Shown here piece by piece: positions 43,096 to 53,931 of a DNA stretch of 64,000 nt; the stretch's first letter is position 1; the number at the start of each line of letters is the position of its first letter. This stretch comes from Candidatus Pampinifervens sinense (GTDB lineage Bacteria; Aquificota; Aquificia; Aquificales; Aquificaceae): the NCBI GenBank assembly GCA_037927135.1, contig JAXSPP010000001.1, positions 192,001 to 256,000 of the forward strand. The letters are read 5' to 3'. The notes beneath the pieces were generated by a model. The model saw nothing but the letters and a program-made list of their open reading frames with translations, ran no database searches and was not told the origin of the DNA. The position numbers and the translations under genes are program-made.

Positions 43096-44881
43096 GCACA
43101 GTTAAAAAGGCCTCCTGAGGAAGTTCTACCTTCCCAAACTGCTTTAGCCTCTTCTTTCCTTCCTTTTGCTTTTCCAAGAGCTTTTTCTTCCTTGTCACAT
43201 CTCCACCGTAGCACTTGGCTGTCACGTTTGCCCTAAGGGGTGGAATTCTTTCTGAGGCTATGATCTTTGAGCCTATACCAGCCTGAACCTTTACCTCAAA
43301 GAGCTGTCTTGGTATGACTTCCTTTAGCTTTTCTACAAGCTGTCTTGCCCTCCTGTAGGCCTTGTCCCTGTGAACTATAAAGGATAAGGCATCCACTGGC
43401 TCGTTGTTTATGAAAACATTTAGCCTTACAAGGTCCTCTTCTCTAAAACCTATAAACTCATAATCGTAGGAGGCATAGCCCCTTGAAAGGCTCTTTACCT
43501 TATCATGAAAGTCCATGATTATCTCACTCAAAGGCATTTCATACTCAAGCATCACCGTGTTTGGGTCAAGGTATATGAACTTCTTCTGAATGCCCCTTTT
43601 TTCTTGGCAGAGGTTCATTATGTTGCCTACGTAGTCCTTAGGAGTGATGATGGTAAGGAGCACAAAGGGTTCCTCTATGGCCTCTATTAGGCCCCAGTTT
43701 TCTGGAAGTTCGGAAGGGTTCCTTATCTCCTTTACTTGACCGTTCCTGAATCTGACCCTGTATACCACGCTTGGTGCGGTGGTCACTATACTTACACCAT
43801 ACTCCCTTTCAAGCCTCTCTTGCACTATCTCCATGTGCAGAAGGCCCAAAAAGCCAACTCTGAAGCCAAGGCCAAGGGCTGGAGAGGTCTCAGGCTCAAA
43901 CTGTATGGCCGCATCGTTTATGGCGTATTTTTCTAAAGCATCCCTTAATTCTTCGTAGGTGTAGCCCTCGGAGGGGTATATGCCTGCATAGACCATGGGC
44001 TTGGCAGGCCTAAAGCCAGGCACAGGTTCCGGAGTTGGATTTTTGGCATCGGTTATGGTATCACCTACCCTTATGTCTCTCACATCTTTTATGGAGGCCG
44101 CAAGGTATCCCACGTCTCCCGCAGAAAGCTTTTCAAACTTTGTGAGCTTTGGCGTTTGGGCACCCACCTCTGTCACTTCAAACTCTTTGCCTGTAGAAAA
44201 GAGCCTTATGCGCATGCCCGGCCTTACCTCACCGTCAAAGACCCTAACAAAGGCTACCGCACCCCTGTATTGGTCATAGTAGGAGTCAAAGATGAGGGCT
44301 TTTAGAGGCTTTGTAGGGTCTCCCTTGGGTGGTGGTATCCTTTTCACTATGGCTTCCAACACCTCTTCTATGCCTATGCCTTCCTTTGCTGAGGCAAGGA
44401 TTACCTCCTCCGATGGAAGCCCCAACACTTCTTCTATCTGCCTTTTTACCCTCTCTGGGTCTGCCGCCGGAAGGTCTATCTTGTTTATGACTGGTATGAT
44501 CACAAGGCCCTGCTCTACAGCCTTCCAGAAGTTGGCAACCGTTTGGGCCTCTATGCCCTGGGTTGCATCCACCAAGAGCAAGGCTCCTTCGCATGCGGCC
44601 AAAGCCCTTGAAACCTCATAGGAAAAGTCCACGTGCCCCGGTGTATCTATAAGGTGCAAGGTATATACCTCACCATCCTTTGCCCTGTAAAACATCCTTA
44701 CGGCCTGGAGCTTTATGGTTATGCCCCTCTCCCTCTCAATCTCCAAAGTGTCCAGCATCTGCTCCCTTAGCTCTCTCCTAGATACTGCACCGGTGAATTC
44801 TAAAAGCCTGTCCGCAAGGGTAGACTTACCGTGGTCCACATGGGCTATGATGGAAAAGTTCCTTATCTTGCTTAGGTCCAT
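43082..44881 (-). CDS. lepA: Elongation factor 4
   Basis: [27 protein letters not shown] and [10 protein letters not shown]. Confidence 0.98.
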   Translation of the reverse strand: MDLSKIRNFSIIAHVDHGKSTLADRLLEFTGAVSRRELREQMLDTLEIERERGITIKLQAVRMFYRAKDGEVYTLHLIDTPGHVDFSYEVSRALAACEGALLLVDATQGIEAQTVANFWKAVEQGLVIIPVINKIDLPAADPERVKRQIEEVLGLPSEEVILASAKEGIGIEEVLEAIVKRIPPPKGDPTKPLKALIFDSYYDQYRGAVAFVRVFDGEVRPGMRIRLFSTGKEFEVTEVGAQTPKLTKFEKLSAGDVGYLAASIKDVRDIRVGDTITDAKNPTPEPVPGFRPAKPMVYAGIYPSEGYTYEELRDALEKYAINDAAIQFEPETSPALGLGFRVGFLGLLHMEIVQERLEREYGVSIVTTAPSVVYRVRFRNGQVKEIRNPSELPENWGLIEAIEEPFVLLTIITPKDYVGNIMNLCQEKRGIQKKFIYLDPNTVMLEYEMPLSEIIMDFHDKVKSLSRGYASYDYEFIGFREEDLVRLNVFINNEPVDALSFIVHRDKAYRRARQLVEKLKEVIPRQLFEVKVQAGIGSKIIASERIPPLRANVTAKCYGGDVTRKKKLLEKQKEGKKRLKQFGKVELPQEAFLTVLKVD

Positions 44882-44891
44882 AATTTATATT

Positions 44892-47378
44892 TTAAGCCTC
44901 CAAAAGCCTTTCAACCTCTTTCCTTACCTCTTCCACAATCTCCTCGTAGCTTTTGCCTTCCGGATAAATGGGCCTTCCAAAGATAACCTCAATCTTCTTT
45001 GGTCTTGGTAGTTTGTGGTAGATGGACATGGCTTCATAGGTTCCCTTTATGGCCACTGGCACCACCGGCACGGACAGTTCTTTGCTCAGTATGGCAAAGC
45101 CTTTTCTAAAGGGCAAAAGCCTGCCGTCCCTTGTCCTTGCACCCTCTGGAAATATGACCACCACCCTTCCAAGCCTTAAAGCCCATGCGGTCTTTTGCAA
45201 AGATTCTTTTAGCCTTTTGTCAAGGTTTACCGTTATCACATGGGCAAGCCTTCCAAAAAGGGAAGTTAAAGGATTTTTAAAGTATTCCTCCGCACCTAAA
45301 AAGTAGGTCCTTTCCGCTACGGAAGGTGGAAGGGCGCTGGCTATCACAAAGCCATCCAAGTAGCTGGCGTGGTTTGGAGCAAGGATAAAGGGCGCCTTCG
45401 GCAGGTTTTCCAAGCCTTTTACACTAAGCCTGTTGTAGAGTTTAAAAAAGAGCTTTAAAAGAAGCCTACCAGCATGGAAAATAGGAGCATAGTCCTTTAA
45501 AGCGTATGGCTGTGCTTCCAAGAGTATGTCCTTCCAACTTTTTTCTGAAACCTCCACCTTTTCCTTTTTTTCTATTATGAGTCCTACAATCTGGTCCACC
45601 CTTGGGTTTTGGGCTAGGTCCTCCTCTGTAAGCCTTATGCCAAAGGAAGACTCAAGGAAGCTCAAAAACTCCACCTTACCCAAAGAGTCAAGGCCAAGGT
45701 CAAGCTCTACATGGTGGTGGCCCTTTACCTTCCTCTGGGTGGCCTTTTCAAGGTAGGACCTTATTATCATACCTTCCTGAGTGTTCAAAAGGGGGCTTTC
45801 TTCTTCTCTTTCTAAGGCTTCCTCTTGGGAAAGGTATATCTGTGGCAATAAAAACCTTCTTATCTTCCCAAGCCTTGTCTTTGGAAGTTCTTCTTTGATG
45901 ATTTTAAACCCTGTTATCCTTTTCCAATCGGGTAGTTTTTGATTTACCTTGTCTATTACTTGCCATCTTATGTACTCTTCTATGTTTAGAATGCCTTGGC
46001 TCCTTAGCCTTTCAAAGTCTGGAAGCACAAGGGCCTTTACATAGCCGTCTATTTCTAAGACCGCCACCTCCTTTATGCCTATGCCTTCTTTCATAATTAG
46101 AGCTTCCAGCTCCTCCGGGTTTACCTTTTTGCCACCGGAAAGCACAAGAACTTCTTTTTTTCTGCCCGTTATGTACAGGTAGCCCTCTTGGTCAAGGTAG
46201 CCCAGGTCTCCCGTCATAAGCCAGCCGTCTTTGAAGGCTTTCTTTGTCTCCTCTGGCTTTTTGTAATAGCCCTGCATCACATTTACACCCCTTACAAGCA
46301 CCTCTCCCTCTTCGGATATCTTTACATAAACCTCCTCTATGGGAAGGCCTACAGAGCCAAGCTTGGGCCTTTGGGGTGGGTTAAAGGAGACTATGGGAGA
46401 GGTTTCTGTAAGGCCATAGCCTTCAAGTATGGTAAATCCAAGCCTATTTAGGTCAAGGGCTATATCTAAGGGGAGCTTGGATCCACCACTCACAAGGTAC
46501 TTTATCCTTCCGCCGAAGGCTTTATGAACCTTTTTAAAAAGGAGCCGTCTTAAAGGTGGGTTAAGGAAAGGAGATATGGCAAAAAGTAACCTGCCTGCTG
46601 GGTTTGACCTTATGCCTTCCATGATCCTTTGGTGCAAAAGCTGGTATAGCCTTGGCACTCCCACAAGTATGGTTATTTTGTGTTCTTGCAGAGCCTTTAT
46701 GAGTTCTTCAGAGCTTAGCCTTTCCAAAAAGACTATGGTGGCACCAAGGTAAAGTGGCACAAGCATGGTGACCATAAGGGGGTAAGAGTGATGAAAGGGC
46801 AAAAGGGCAAGGGTTATGTCCTCTTTTCCCGCCACTCCCACCTTTTCTATAGCCTTTATGTTGGAAAGTAGGTTTTTAAAGCTTAGCATGACGCCCTTTG
46901 GCTCTCCGGTGGTGCCAGAGGTATAAAGTATTAGGGCTGTCTCATGAAGGGACCTGCTAAGGACTTTGCCAAAGGGCTTGGGAAGGATAAGGTCATCAAA
47001 GTTGTAAATGGTAGCCTTTATACCAGACCTTTCAAGGGCTTCCCTTATGGTCCTTTGAGTTTGGTTTGAACAAAAGACTACCGCAGGTTCAACTTCCTTG
47101 ACTATGTAATGAGCCTCCTCCACAGAGGCCATATAGTCTATGGGAACCACTATGCCCCCCCTTTGCCATGCGCCATAAAAGGCATAGATCCACTCTGGCC
47201 TGTTTTCCGCGCATATTACCACCCTCTCTCCGGGCAGTATGTCCACCAAGCTGGCAAAGCTTGATATGCTTTCAATGAGCTCCCTGTAGCTTATCCTTTT
47301 ATCTCCCTTTATGAGGGCAGTTTTTCCAAAGTCTTCTATCTCTGGAAGGACCACCCCCTCCTCTAAGAGTAGCTTCAT
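44892..47378 (-). CDS. Acyl-CoA/ACP synthetase-ACP-acyltransferase fusion
   Basis: YTSGTTG, GYGLTE, TGDLG; carrier motif DLGLDSL; PlsC motifs NHASYLD and FPEGARTRDG. Confidence 0.88.
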   Translation of the reverse strand: MKLLLEEGVVLPEIEDFGKTALIKGDKRISYRELIESISSFASLVDILPGERVVICAENRPEWIYAFYGAWQRGGIVVPIDYMASVEEAHYIVKEVEPAVVFCSNQTQRTIREALERSGIKATIYNFDDLILPKPFGKVLSRSLHETALILYTSGTTGEPKGVMLSFKNLLSNIKAIEKVGVAGKEDITLALLPFHHSYPLMVTMLVPLYLGATIVFLERLSSEELIKALQEHKITILVGVPRLYQLLHQRIMEGIRSNPAGRLLFAISPFLNPPLRRLLFKKVHKAFGGRIKYLVSGGSKLPLDIALDLNRLGFTILEGYGLTETSPIVSFNPPQRPKLGSVGLPIEEVYVKISEEGEVLVRGVNVMQGYYKKPEETKKAFKDGWLMTGDLGYLDQEGYLYITGRKKEVLVLSGGKKVNPEELEALIMKEGIGIKEVAVLEIDGYVKALVLPDFERLRSQGILNIEEYIRWQVIDKVNQKLPDWKRITGFKIIKEELPKTRLGKIRRFLLPQIYLSQEEALEREEESPLLNTQEGMIIRSYLEKATQRKVKGHHHVELDLGLDSLGKVEFLSFLESSFGIRLTEEDLAQNPRVDQIVGLIIEKKEKVEVSEKSWKDILLEAQPYALKDYAPIFHAGRLLLKLFFKLYNRLSVKGLENLPKAPFILAPNHASYLDGFVIASALPPSVAERTYFLGAEEYFKNPLTSLFGRLAHVITVNLDKRLKESLQKTAWALRLGRVVVIFPEGARTRDGRLLPFRKGFAILSKELSVPVVPVAIKGTYEAMSIYHKLPRPKKIEVIFGRPIYPEGKSYEEIVEEVRKEVERLLEA

Positions 47379-47388
47379 AGGAAAAAAT

Positions 47389-47730
47389 TTACTCTTCCTT
47401 TTCCTTTTCTTCCCTCTTGTAGCCTGGCTGGTAGTGGGATATGGCCTCTTTGGTAAAGGTTATCCTCGTGTTGGCATCCACTTTGAGAGTGACAGTCTCA
47501 TCCCCTATCTCTACCACCGTGCCCCATATGCCACCGCTGGTGACCACCCTGTCTCCCTTCTTTAAGTTCTTCAAAAACTCCTGATGCCTTTTCCTCACCT
47601 TCACCTGTGGCCTTATAAGCAAGAAGTAAAACAGGACAAAGAGTAGGATGAGGAAGATAAACTGAAAAAGTAGGGCTTCTACAGCATTTGAACCATGTCC
47701 TGTCTGCTGTGCAAAGGCTATGTCTATCAT
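47389..47730 (-). CDS. yajC: Preprotein translocase subunit YajC
   Basis: FYFLLIRPQ and LKKGDRVVTSGGIWG. Confidence 0.95.
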   Translation of the reverse strand: MIDIAFAQQTGHGSNAVEALLFQFIFLILLFVLFYFLLIRPQVKVRKRHQEFLKNLKKGDRVVTSGGIWGTVVEIGDETVTLKVDANTRITFTKEAISHYQPGYKREEKEKEE

Positions 47731-47787
47731 GGTGTTTAATTATAACATTAACCCACGTAGAAGTAGAATGCTAAATAAAATACTAAT

Positions 47788-50700
47788 ATGGGGATGGAAA
47801 TAAAAAAGGGAAGTGTCCTTAGGGGGCCTTTTTGGTCTGAGCCTGTAGAGGTTATTTATACGGAGGACCAAGGTAATTATGTGTTAATTATCACAAAAGG
47901 TAAGAATACGGGCGGAATTGATAACAGATTAATTCCTAAGGATGAATTGCCTAAGGTGGAAGTTATAGGTGGTGAATTAAGCTTTTCTGAAGAGACGTGG
48001 AAGGTATTTCTTGCCCTTGAAACCATACGGTATAGGTATGCCTCTGTGTATGACCCTCTGTTGGCTGTAAATGTATCAAAGATTGACCCACTTCCACACC
48101 AAATAGAGGCTGTGTATGGTTATGTTCTTAAACTTCCAAGGATAAGGTTTATGATAGCGGATGACCCTGGTGCTGGGAAGACCATTATGGCCGGCTTAAT
48201 CATAAAGGAGCTAAAGCTTCGCCATCTTATAAAGAGAATTTTGATTGTGGTGCCCGGACATCTCAGAGATCAGTGGCAGAGGGAGCTTTCTGAAAAATTT
48301 GACGAGCATTTTGAGATAGTGGATAGAGGGAGGTTTAATTCCAACTTTGGTATAAACCCCTGGCAAAAGTATTCTCAAATCATCACTTCCATGGACTTTG
48401 CCAAAAAGAAAGAAGTGCTTGAATCTTTGGAAGATGCTGATTTTGACCTTGTTATAGTGGATGAGGCTCACAAGATGAGCGCTTATAGGTATGGCAATAA
48501 AACGGAAAAGACTGACAGATATAAGCTTGGAGAAGTGCTTTCCAAAATAAGCAACCACCTGCTTTTCCTTACAGCCACGCCACACAAGGGAGACCCGGAG
48601 AATTTCAGATTACTTCTTGACCTGCTTGAACGGGGCTTTTTTGCAAACGAGGAGATTATGAGGGAGGCAATACAGAGTGGAAACAATCCTTTGTTTATAA
48701 GAAGGTTAAAGGAGGACCTAAAGGATTTTGAGGGTAGGCCCTTGTTCCTACCAAGGCGTGTTAATACAGTTCCTTTAGAACTTAGCGATAGGGAGATGGA
48801 GCTTTATAATGAGCTTTCAAGGTATGTAAAAAGCCAGTATGATAAGGCTATAAAAAGAGACAGAAGGAGGAATGTGGCCTTTGCCCTTGTTATTTTGCAA
48901 AGAAGGTTCTCTTCCAGTGTTTATGCTTTGCTTGAGTCTTTGAAAAGAAGGAAAAAAAGACTTGAAGAGCTTAAAAGCAGTGCATACCAACAAAGAGAGC
49001 CTGAAGAGGTCATTAACTTTGAAGAAGTGGAGGATATGTCCGAGAGTGAGAGGTGGGCCGAAGAGATCAAATGGGAAACCATAACCCTTTCTGAAAATAT
49101 GAAGGAGTTGGAGGAAGAGATAAGGACGGTGGACGAGCTTATAAGGAGGGCCGAGGATATATTAAGGAATGAAGAAGAGACAAAGCTTAAGGAGCTTAAA
49201 GAGACGCTTCTTGGACTTAAAGAGGAGTTTAAAGATTTCAAAATTATCATATTTACAGAGTCAAAGGATACGCTTGAATACTTGAATGAAAAGGTAAAAA
49301 GCTGGGGTTTTTCAACGGTTATCATCCATGGGGGTATGAATCTATACGAAAGGATAGACGCGGAGAAAAGGTTTAAGAATGAGGCAGAGGTTTTGATAGC
49401 TACAGAGGCGGCTGGAGAGGGTATAAATCTTCAGTTTTGCAATCTTATGATTAACTATGACCTACCATGGAATCCAAACAGGCTTGAGCAAAGGATGGGA
49501 AGGATACATCGCTACGGACAGCAAAGGGAGGTGCATATATACAATCTTGTGGCAAGAAGAACCAGGGAAGGAAAAGTTCTTTACAATCTCCTTGAAAAGC
49601 TTAATAAGATAAGGGAAGCACTTGGTAGTGATAAGGTTTTTGATGTGATAGGGGAGATTTTGCTTAATAAAAACCTTTCACAGCTTTTGGTGGAGGCTGC
49701 TGTGAACGCAAGGGATATGGATGAGATTCTGAAGGAGATTGATATAAAGGTTGATGAGGAGTATATAAACAGAATAAAGGAGAGCTTGGGGGAGGCTCTT
49801 GCCACAAGACATATTGACTTGACAAGGATAAGGGAGCTGGCACAAAAGGCCAAGGAAGAGCGCCTAATTCCAGAATATACGGAAAACTACTTTAAGAAGG
49901 CTTTTGAGAAGGCTGGTGGAAAGATAAGGGAACGCAAGGATGGTTTTTTGAGTGTGGAAAGCATTCCACTGGATATAAGACGGGTTGCCGAGGAGGAGGA
50001 ATTTAAAAGGAGCTTTGGACAGCTTCAGAGCAAATATCCTAAGATCACCTTTGATAAGGAGAAGGCCTTTAGAACGCCCGATGCGGAGTTTGTATCCTTT
50101 GGGCATCCACTTTTTGAAGCTGTTATGAGGTGGGTAGAAAAGCATTTAAGGGATAGTCTTTTGAAGGGTGCGGTATTTTTTGACCCAGATGGGAGGCTGG
50201 ACGGTTATATGCTTTTTTATGAGGGTGAGGTGAGGGACGGAACGGGGTCCATAGTAGGCAAAAGGCTTTTTGCTTTTTATGATGATGGAAGGAAGGTGGT
50301 GGAAGTTTCTCCTGCTATCTTGTGGGACCTGGCGGAAGGTTTTACTACAGAAAAGGAAGCTGTGAATATGGAGGAGTTAAGGAAAAGGGTGGAAGATGTT
50401 GTTATTAAAGGGCTTGAAAGATATAAGGAGGAGCTTTTAAAGGAAAGGCTAAGGCAGGTGGAGATAAAAGAAAGGTATGGTGTTAAATCCTTGGAATATT
50501 TGATCTATCAATTGGATGGGGAGATTTTGGACCTTTATGGAAAAAAGGATAAGGGCGAGGATGTGGATAAGATGATAAACAGAAAAAGGGAGAAAAAGCA
50601 CGAGTATGAAAGGGGTTTGGAGGAGCTAAAAGAAAGATTGGAAAGGGAAAAGGCCCTGTCTCTTTCTCCACCAAACTTTTTGGGAGTCATAAGGATAAAG

Positions 50701-51114
50701 CCTATGAGGGAAAGGATTGGTGTGGAAGGTGATCCGGAAGTGGAAGCCGTAGGTATGAAGGTGGCTATGGAGTATGAGATAAGGGAAGGTAGAAGACCGG
50801 AGGATGTTTCTTCTCAAAACCTTGGCTTTGATATAAGGTCTGTGGATAGGGATGGAAGGGTGAGGTATATTGAAGTGAAGGCAAGGGCTGGTGTGGGAGA
50901 GGTGGCTTTAACTCAAAACGAGTGGTTTAAGGCCCAAAGGCTGAAGGATGATTACTACCTTTATGTGGTCTTTAATGCAGTAAGTTCTCCACGGCTTATC
51001 ATAATCCAAAACCCCGCAGAGAGGTTAAAACCCCAAGAGAAGGTGGAGGTGGTAAGATATATTGTGGATGAGAGGGAAATTTTGAAGTATGTGGGAGGAA
51101 AGGATGAGCCATAG
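47788..51114 (+). CDS. SNF2-family helicase with C-terminal DUF3883 (PD-(D/E)XK-like) nuclease domain
   Basis: [24 protein letters not shown] and [16 protein letters not shown]-terminal GFDIRS...YIEVKAR...LTQNE. Confidence 0.9.
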   Translation: MGMEIKKGSVLRGPFWSEPVEVIYTEDQGNYVLIITKGKNTGGIDNRLIPKDELPKVEVIGGELSFSEETWKVFLALETIRYRYASVYDPLLAVNVSKIDPLPHQIEAVYGYVLKLPRIRFMIADDPGAGKTIMAGLIIKELKLRHLIKRILIVVPGHLRDQWQRELSEKFDEHFEIVDRGRFNSNFGINPWQKYSQIITSMDFAKKKEVLESLEDADFDLVIVDEAHKMSAYRYGNKTEKTDRYKLGEVLSKISNHLLFLTATPHKGDPENFRLLLDLLERGFFANEEIMREAIQSGNNPLFIRRLKEDLKDFEGRPLFLPRRVNTVPLELSDREMELYNELSRYVKSQYDKAIKRDRRRNVAFALVILQRRFSSSVYALLESLKRRKKRLEELKSSAYQQREPEEVINFEEVEDMSESERWAEEIKWETITLSENMKELEEEIRTVDELIRRAEDILRNEEETKLKELKETLLGLKEEFKDFKIIIFTESKDTLEYLNEKVKSWGFSTVIIHGGMNLYERIDAEKRFKNEAEVLIATEAAGEGINLQFCNLMINYDLPWNPNRLEQRMGRIHRYGQQREVHIYNLVARRTREGKVLYNLLEKLNKIREALGSDKVFDVIGEILLNKNLSQLLVEAAVNARDMDEILKEIDIKVDEEYINRIKESLGEALATRHIDLTRIRELAQKAKEERLIPEYTENYFKKAFEKAGGKIRERKDGFLSVESIPLDIRRVAEEEEFKRSFGQLQSKYPKITFDKEKAFRTPDAEFVSFGHPLFEAVMRWVEKHLRDSLLKGAVFFDPDGRLDGYMLFYEGEVRDGTGSIVGKRLFAFYDDGRKVVEVSPAILWDLAEGFTTEKEAVNMEELRKRVEDVVIKGLERYKEELLKERLRQVEIKERYGVKSLEYLIYQLDGEILDLYGKKDKGEDVDKMINRKREKKHEYERGLEELKERLEREKALSLSPPNFLGVIRIKPMRERIGVEGDPEVEAVGMKVAMEYEIREGRRPEDVSSQNLGFDIRSVDRDGRVRYIEVKARAGVGEVALTQNEWFKAQRLKDDYYLYVVFNAVSSPRLIIIQNPAERLKPQEKVEVVRYIVDEREILKYVGGKDEP

Positions 51115-52705
51115 GCGCTTTATAGAGGAGTCTTTTCCTGTAAAGGAGGTCGGTCAAGAGTCCGCAAGGGAGAAAAACATACGCCATGGACATATTTCTA
51201 CCCTTCATATTTGGTGGGCAAGGAGGCCCTTGGCAGCTTCCAGAGCCACCATATACGCAAGCCTTATACCCGCACCAAAGGATGAGCTGGAACGCAACAA
51301 CCGGCTTGCCTTTATTATAGACCTTTGTAAGTGGGAGAATTCTTTAAACAGGACCATTATAGAGAAGGCGAGGAGGGATATTCTTGCCTCTAATGGAGGA
51401 AGGCCCCCGAGAGTTCTGGACCCCTTTGGAGGAGGTGGTTCCATACCCCTTGAAGCCTTGCGCCTTGGCTGTGAAGTCTATTCGGGTGATTATAATCCTG
51501 TGGCCGTTTTGATACAAAAATGCACCCTTGAATACCCTCAAAAGTATGGAAAGCCGGGAGAGGTAGAGATAGAGGTGGAAGAGTTTGGTAAGAAGGTAAG
51601 GAGAAAGGTAAGGGTTGAGAATGTGCTATTGGAGGATGTAAAAAGATGGGGGGAGTGGGTTTTGGAGCTTGCAAAAGAGGAAATAGGTAGGTTCTATCCG
51701 GCAGAGGAGGATGGTTCTATACCGGTTGGATACCTTTGGGCAAGGACTATACCCTGCCAAAACCCTAACTGTGGAGCGGAAATTCCTTTGATGAGACAAT
51801 ACTGGCTGGCAAAGAAGGATAAGAAGAAAGTAGCCCTATACCCCTATAAGGAGGGCAATAAGGTGCTTTTTAAAATAGTGGGAGATGGATATGAGCCTAT
51901 GCCAAAGGATTTTGACCCAGAGGAAGGCACCATTTCAAGGGCTGTGGCGGTATGTCCTGTGTGTGGTTCTGCTATTGATGACAAAGATGTGAGAAAGCTA
52001 TTTCAAGAGGGAAAGGCGGGTCAAAGGATGGTGGCAGTGGTTTTGCATCATCCAAACAAAGAAGGAAAAAGCTACAGGCTGGCAACGGAGAAAGACTTGG
52101 ATGTTTTTAAAGAGGCAGAAAAATACCTTGAGGAGAAAAGGAAAAAGCTTATGGAAGAATGGGGAATAGACCCTGTGCCGGATGAACCGTTGCCGCCAAA
52201 GGAGACTCTTGGTTTCCGTGTTCAAAGATACGGTATGCTCAAATGGGGCGACCTTTTTAATTCTCGCCAAAAATTGGCTTTGATTACCTTTACGGAAAAG
52301 GTAAGGCTGGCTTACAAAAGAATGGTTGAAGAAGGCTATGATGAAGAATATGCAAAGGCAGTGGTGAGTTATTTGGCGTTGGGAGTGGATAGGTTGGCGG
52401 ACTATAACTCAATTCTGTGTGTTTGGGCTGTGGCAGGAGAATTTGTGGCACACACTTTTGGGCGACAGGCTCTTCCTATGATATGGGACTATTTTGAGCT
52501 TTGTCCTTGGAGTGGATCAACAGGAGACTGGAACTCAGCTATGGATTGGATTTTGAGAGTTTTAGAACACACTTCTCGCATCAATTCAATCACCCACTTT
52601 TCCACCCCACCTTTACCCAATGAAGAAGATGAGGAAGAAGATAAATCAAAGAACTTGATAAAAGCAGGTGGTCTATATATGAAACTAATAGAGGAAGGGC
52701 TATGA
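51104..52705 (+). CDS. DUF1156 DNA methyltransferase, N-terminal part (SAM-binding motif, Zn finger)
   Basis: [35 protein letters not shown]...CPVC and LFNSRQ. Confidence 0.88.
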   Translation: MSHRRFIEESFPVKEVGQESAREKNIRHGHISTLHIWWARRPLAASRATIYASLIPAPKDELERNNRLAFIIDLCKWENSLNRTIIEKARRDILASNGGRPPRVLDPFGGGGSIPLEALRLGCEVYSGDYNPVAVLIQKCTLEYPQKYGKPGEVEIEVEEFGKKVRRKVRVENVLLEDVKRWGEWVLELAKEEIGRFYPAEEDGSIPVGYLWARTIPCQNPNCGAEIPLMRQYWLAKKDKKKVALYPYKEGNKVLFKIVGDGYEPMPKDFDPEEGTISRAVAVCPVCGSAIDDKDVRKLFQEGKAGQRMVAVVLHHPNKEGKSYRLATEKDLDVFKEAEKYLEEKRKKLMEEWGIDPVPDEPLPPKETLGFRVQRYGMLKWGDLFNSRQKLALITFTEKVRLAYKRMVEEGYDEEYAKAVVSYLALGVDRLADYNSILCVWAVAGEFVAHTFGRQALPMIWDYFELCPWSGSTGDWNSAMDWILRVLEHTSRINSITHFSTPPLPNEEDEEEDKSKNLIKAGGLYMKLIEEGL

Positions 52706-53931
52706 AAAGCTTACACATTCCAGTCATCACCCAATTCTCCGCCACCTCTCTACCCTATCCAGACAACTACTTTGATGCAGTCATTACAGACCCACCTTAT
52801 TATGATAATGTGAATTATGCAGAGCTTTCTGACTTCTTTTATGTATGGCTAAAAAGAAGTATTGGAGATTTATATCCTGAACTATTTTCCACTCCACTCA
52901 CTCCAAAATCTCAAGAGATTGTAGCAAATCCTATTAGACATGAAAGACAAGATAGAGCAAAAAAATTCTTTGAAGATATGCTTAAAAAAGCCTTTCAAGA
53001 GATACACCGAGTTTTAAAGCCCTATGGCATTGCGGTAATTGTATATGCCCATAAATCTACGGAGGGATGGGAAACGCTTATAAACTCTCTTTTGGATTCT
53101 GGCTTGGTTATAACGGGCGCATGGCCCATAAATACGGAGATGCAGGCAAGGTTAAATGCTAAGGAGACGGCTTCTCTTTCATCATCCATCTACATAGTTG
53201 CCAGAAAGATGGAGCGCGAGCCTATTGGTATGTATAATGAGGTTAAGCATCAATTGAAAGAGCATTTGAATAGAAGGCTTGAAAGGTTATGGCAGGAGGG
53301 GATAGGTGGGGCTGACTTTTTTATATCGGCCATTGGTTCCGCCATAGAGGTCTTTGGAAAGTATGAAAAGGTTATGGACTATGAGGGCAAGCTTATACGG
53401 GCGGATAGGCTGTTGGAAGATGTGAGGAAGATAGTCACAGACTTTGTCATAAGGCAAATACTCCACAATGGTTTTTCTGGGGAGATCTCCGAGCTTACCA
53501 TGTTTTATGTGCTATACAGGTGGAACTACGGTGAGGCAAAGGTGCCTTTTGATGAGGCAAGAAAGCTTGCCACCAGTTGTGGTATAGACCTTGCCACCCA
53601 TTGGAACAAAAATAGCTTTATAAAAAAGGAGAAGGAATTTATAAAGGTGCTGGGGCCACAGGACAGGAAGATGGAAGAGCTTGAGGGTTCTACGGAGCTT
53701 GTTGATGTTTTGCATCTTGTCCTTTTGTTGTGGGAGAAGGGAAGAAGGGACGAGATGATCAGGGTGCTAAGGGAGACGGGCTTTGGAGATAGGGAGGTTT
53801 TTTACAGGGTGGCCCAAGCCATATCTGAAACATTACCGCAGGAGAGTAAAGAGAAAAAGCTTCTTGACGGCTTTTTGGTTGGAAGAGAAAGATTAAAAGA
53901 AGAGATTAGAAAGCAAGGGAGGTTGTTCTGA
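52702..53931 (+). CDS. DUF1156 DNA methyltransferase, C-terminal part (DPPY catalytic motif)
   Basis: [30 protein letters not shown] and WPINTE; ATGA overlap with the upstream part. Confidence 0.88.
   Translation: MKSLHIPVITQFSATSLPYPDNYFDAVITDPPYYDNVNYAELSDFFYVWLKRSIGDLYPELFSTPLTPKSQEIVANPIRHERQDRAKKFFEDMLKKAFQEIHRVLKPYGIAVIVYAHKSTEGWETLINSLLDSGLVITGAWPINTEMQARLNAKETASLSSSIYIVARKMEREPIGMYNEVKHQLKEHLNRRLERLWQEGIGGADFFISAIGSAIEVFGKYEKVMDYEGKLIRADRLLEDVRKIVTDFVIRQILHNGFSGEISELTMFYVLYRWNYGEAKVPFDEARKLATSCGIDLATHWNKNSFIKKEKEFIKVLGPQDRKMEELEGSTELVDVLHLVLLLWEKGRRDEMIRVLRETGFGDREVFYRVAQAISETLPQESKEKKLLDGFLVGRERLKEEIRKQGRLF

Noticed and set aside
52560-52760. Methyltransferase break as a simple frameshift, programmed frameshift or intein
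   Set aside because: There is a 137-bp offset duplication, a dedicated RBS and ATGA coupling, with no obvious slippery run or intein splice motifs. Pseudogene status is not fully excluded.
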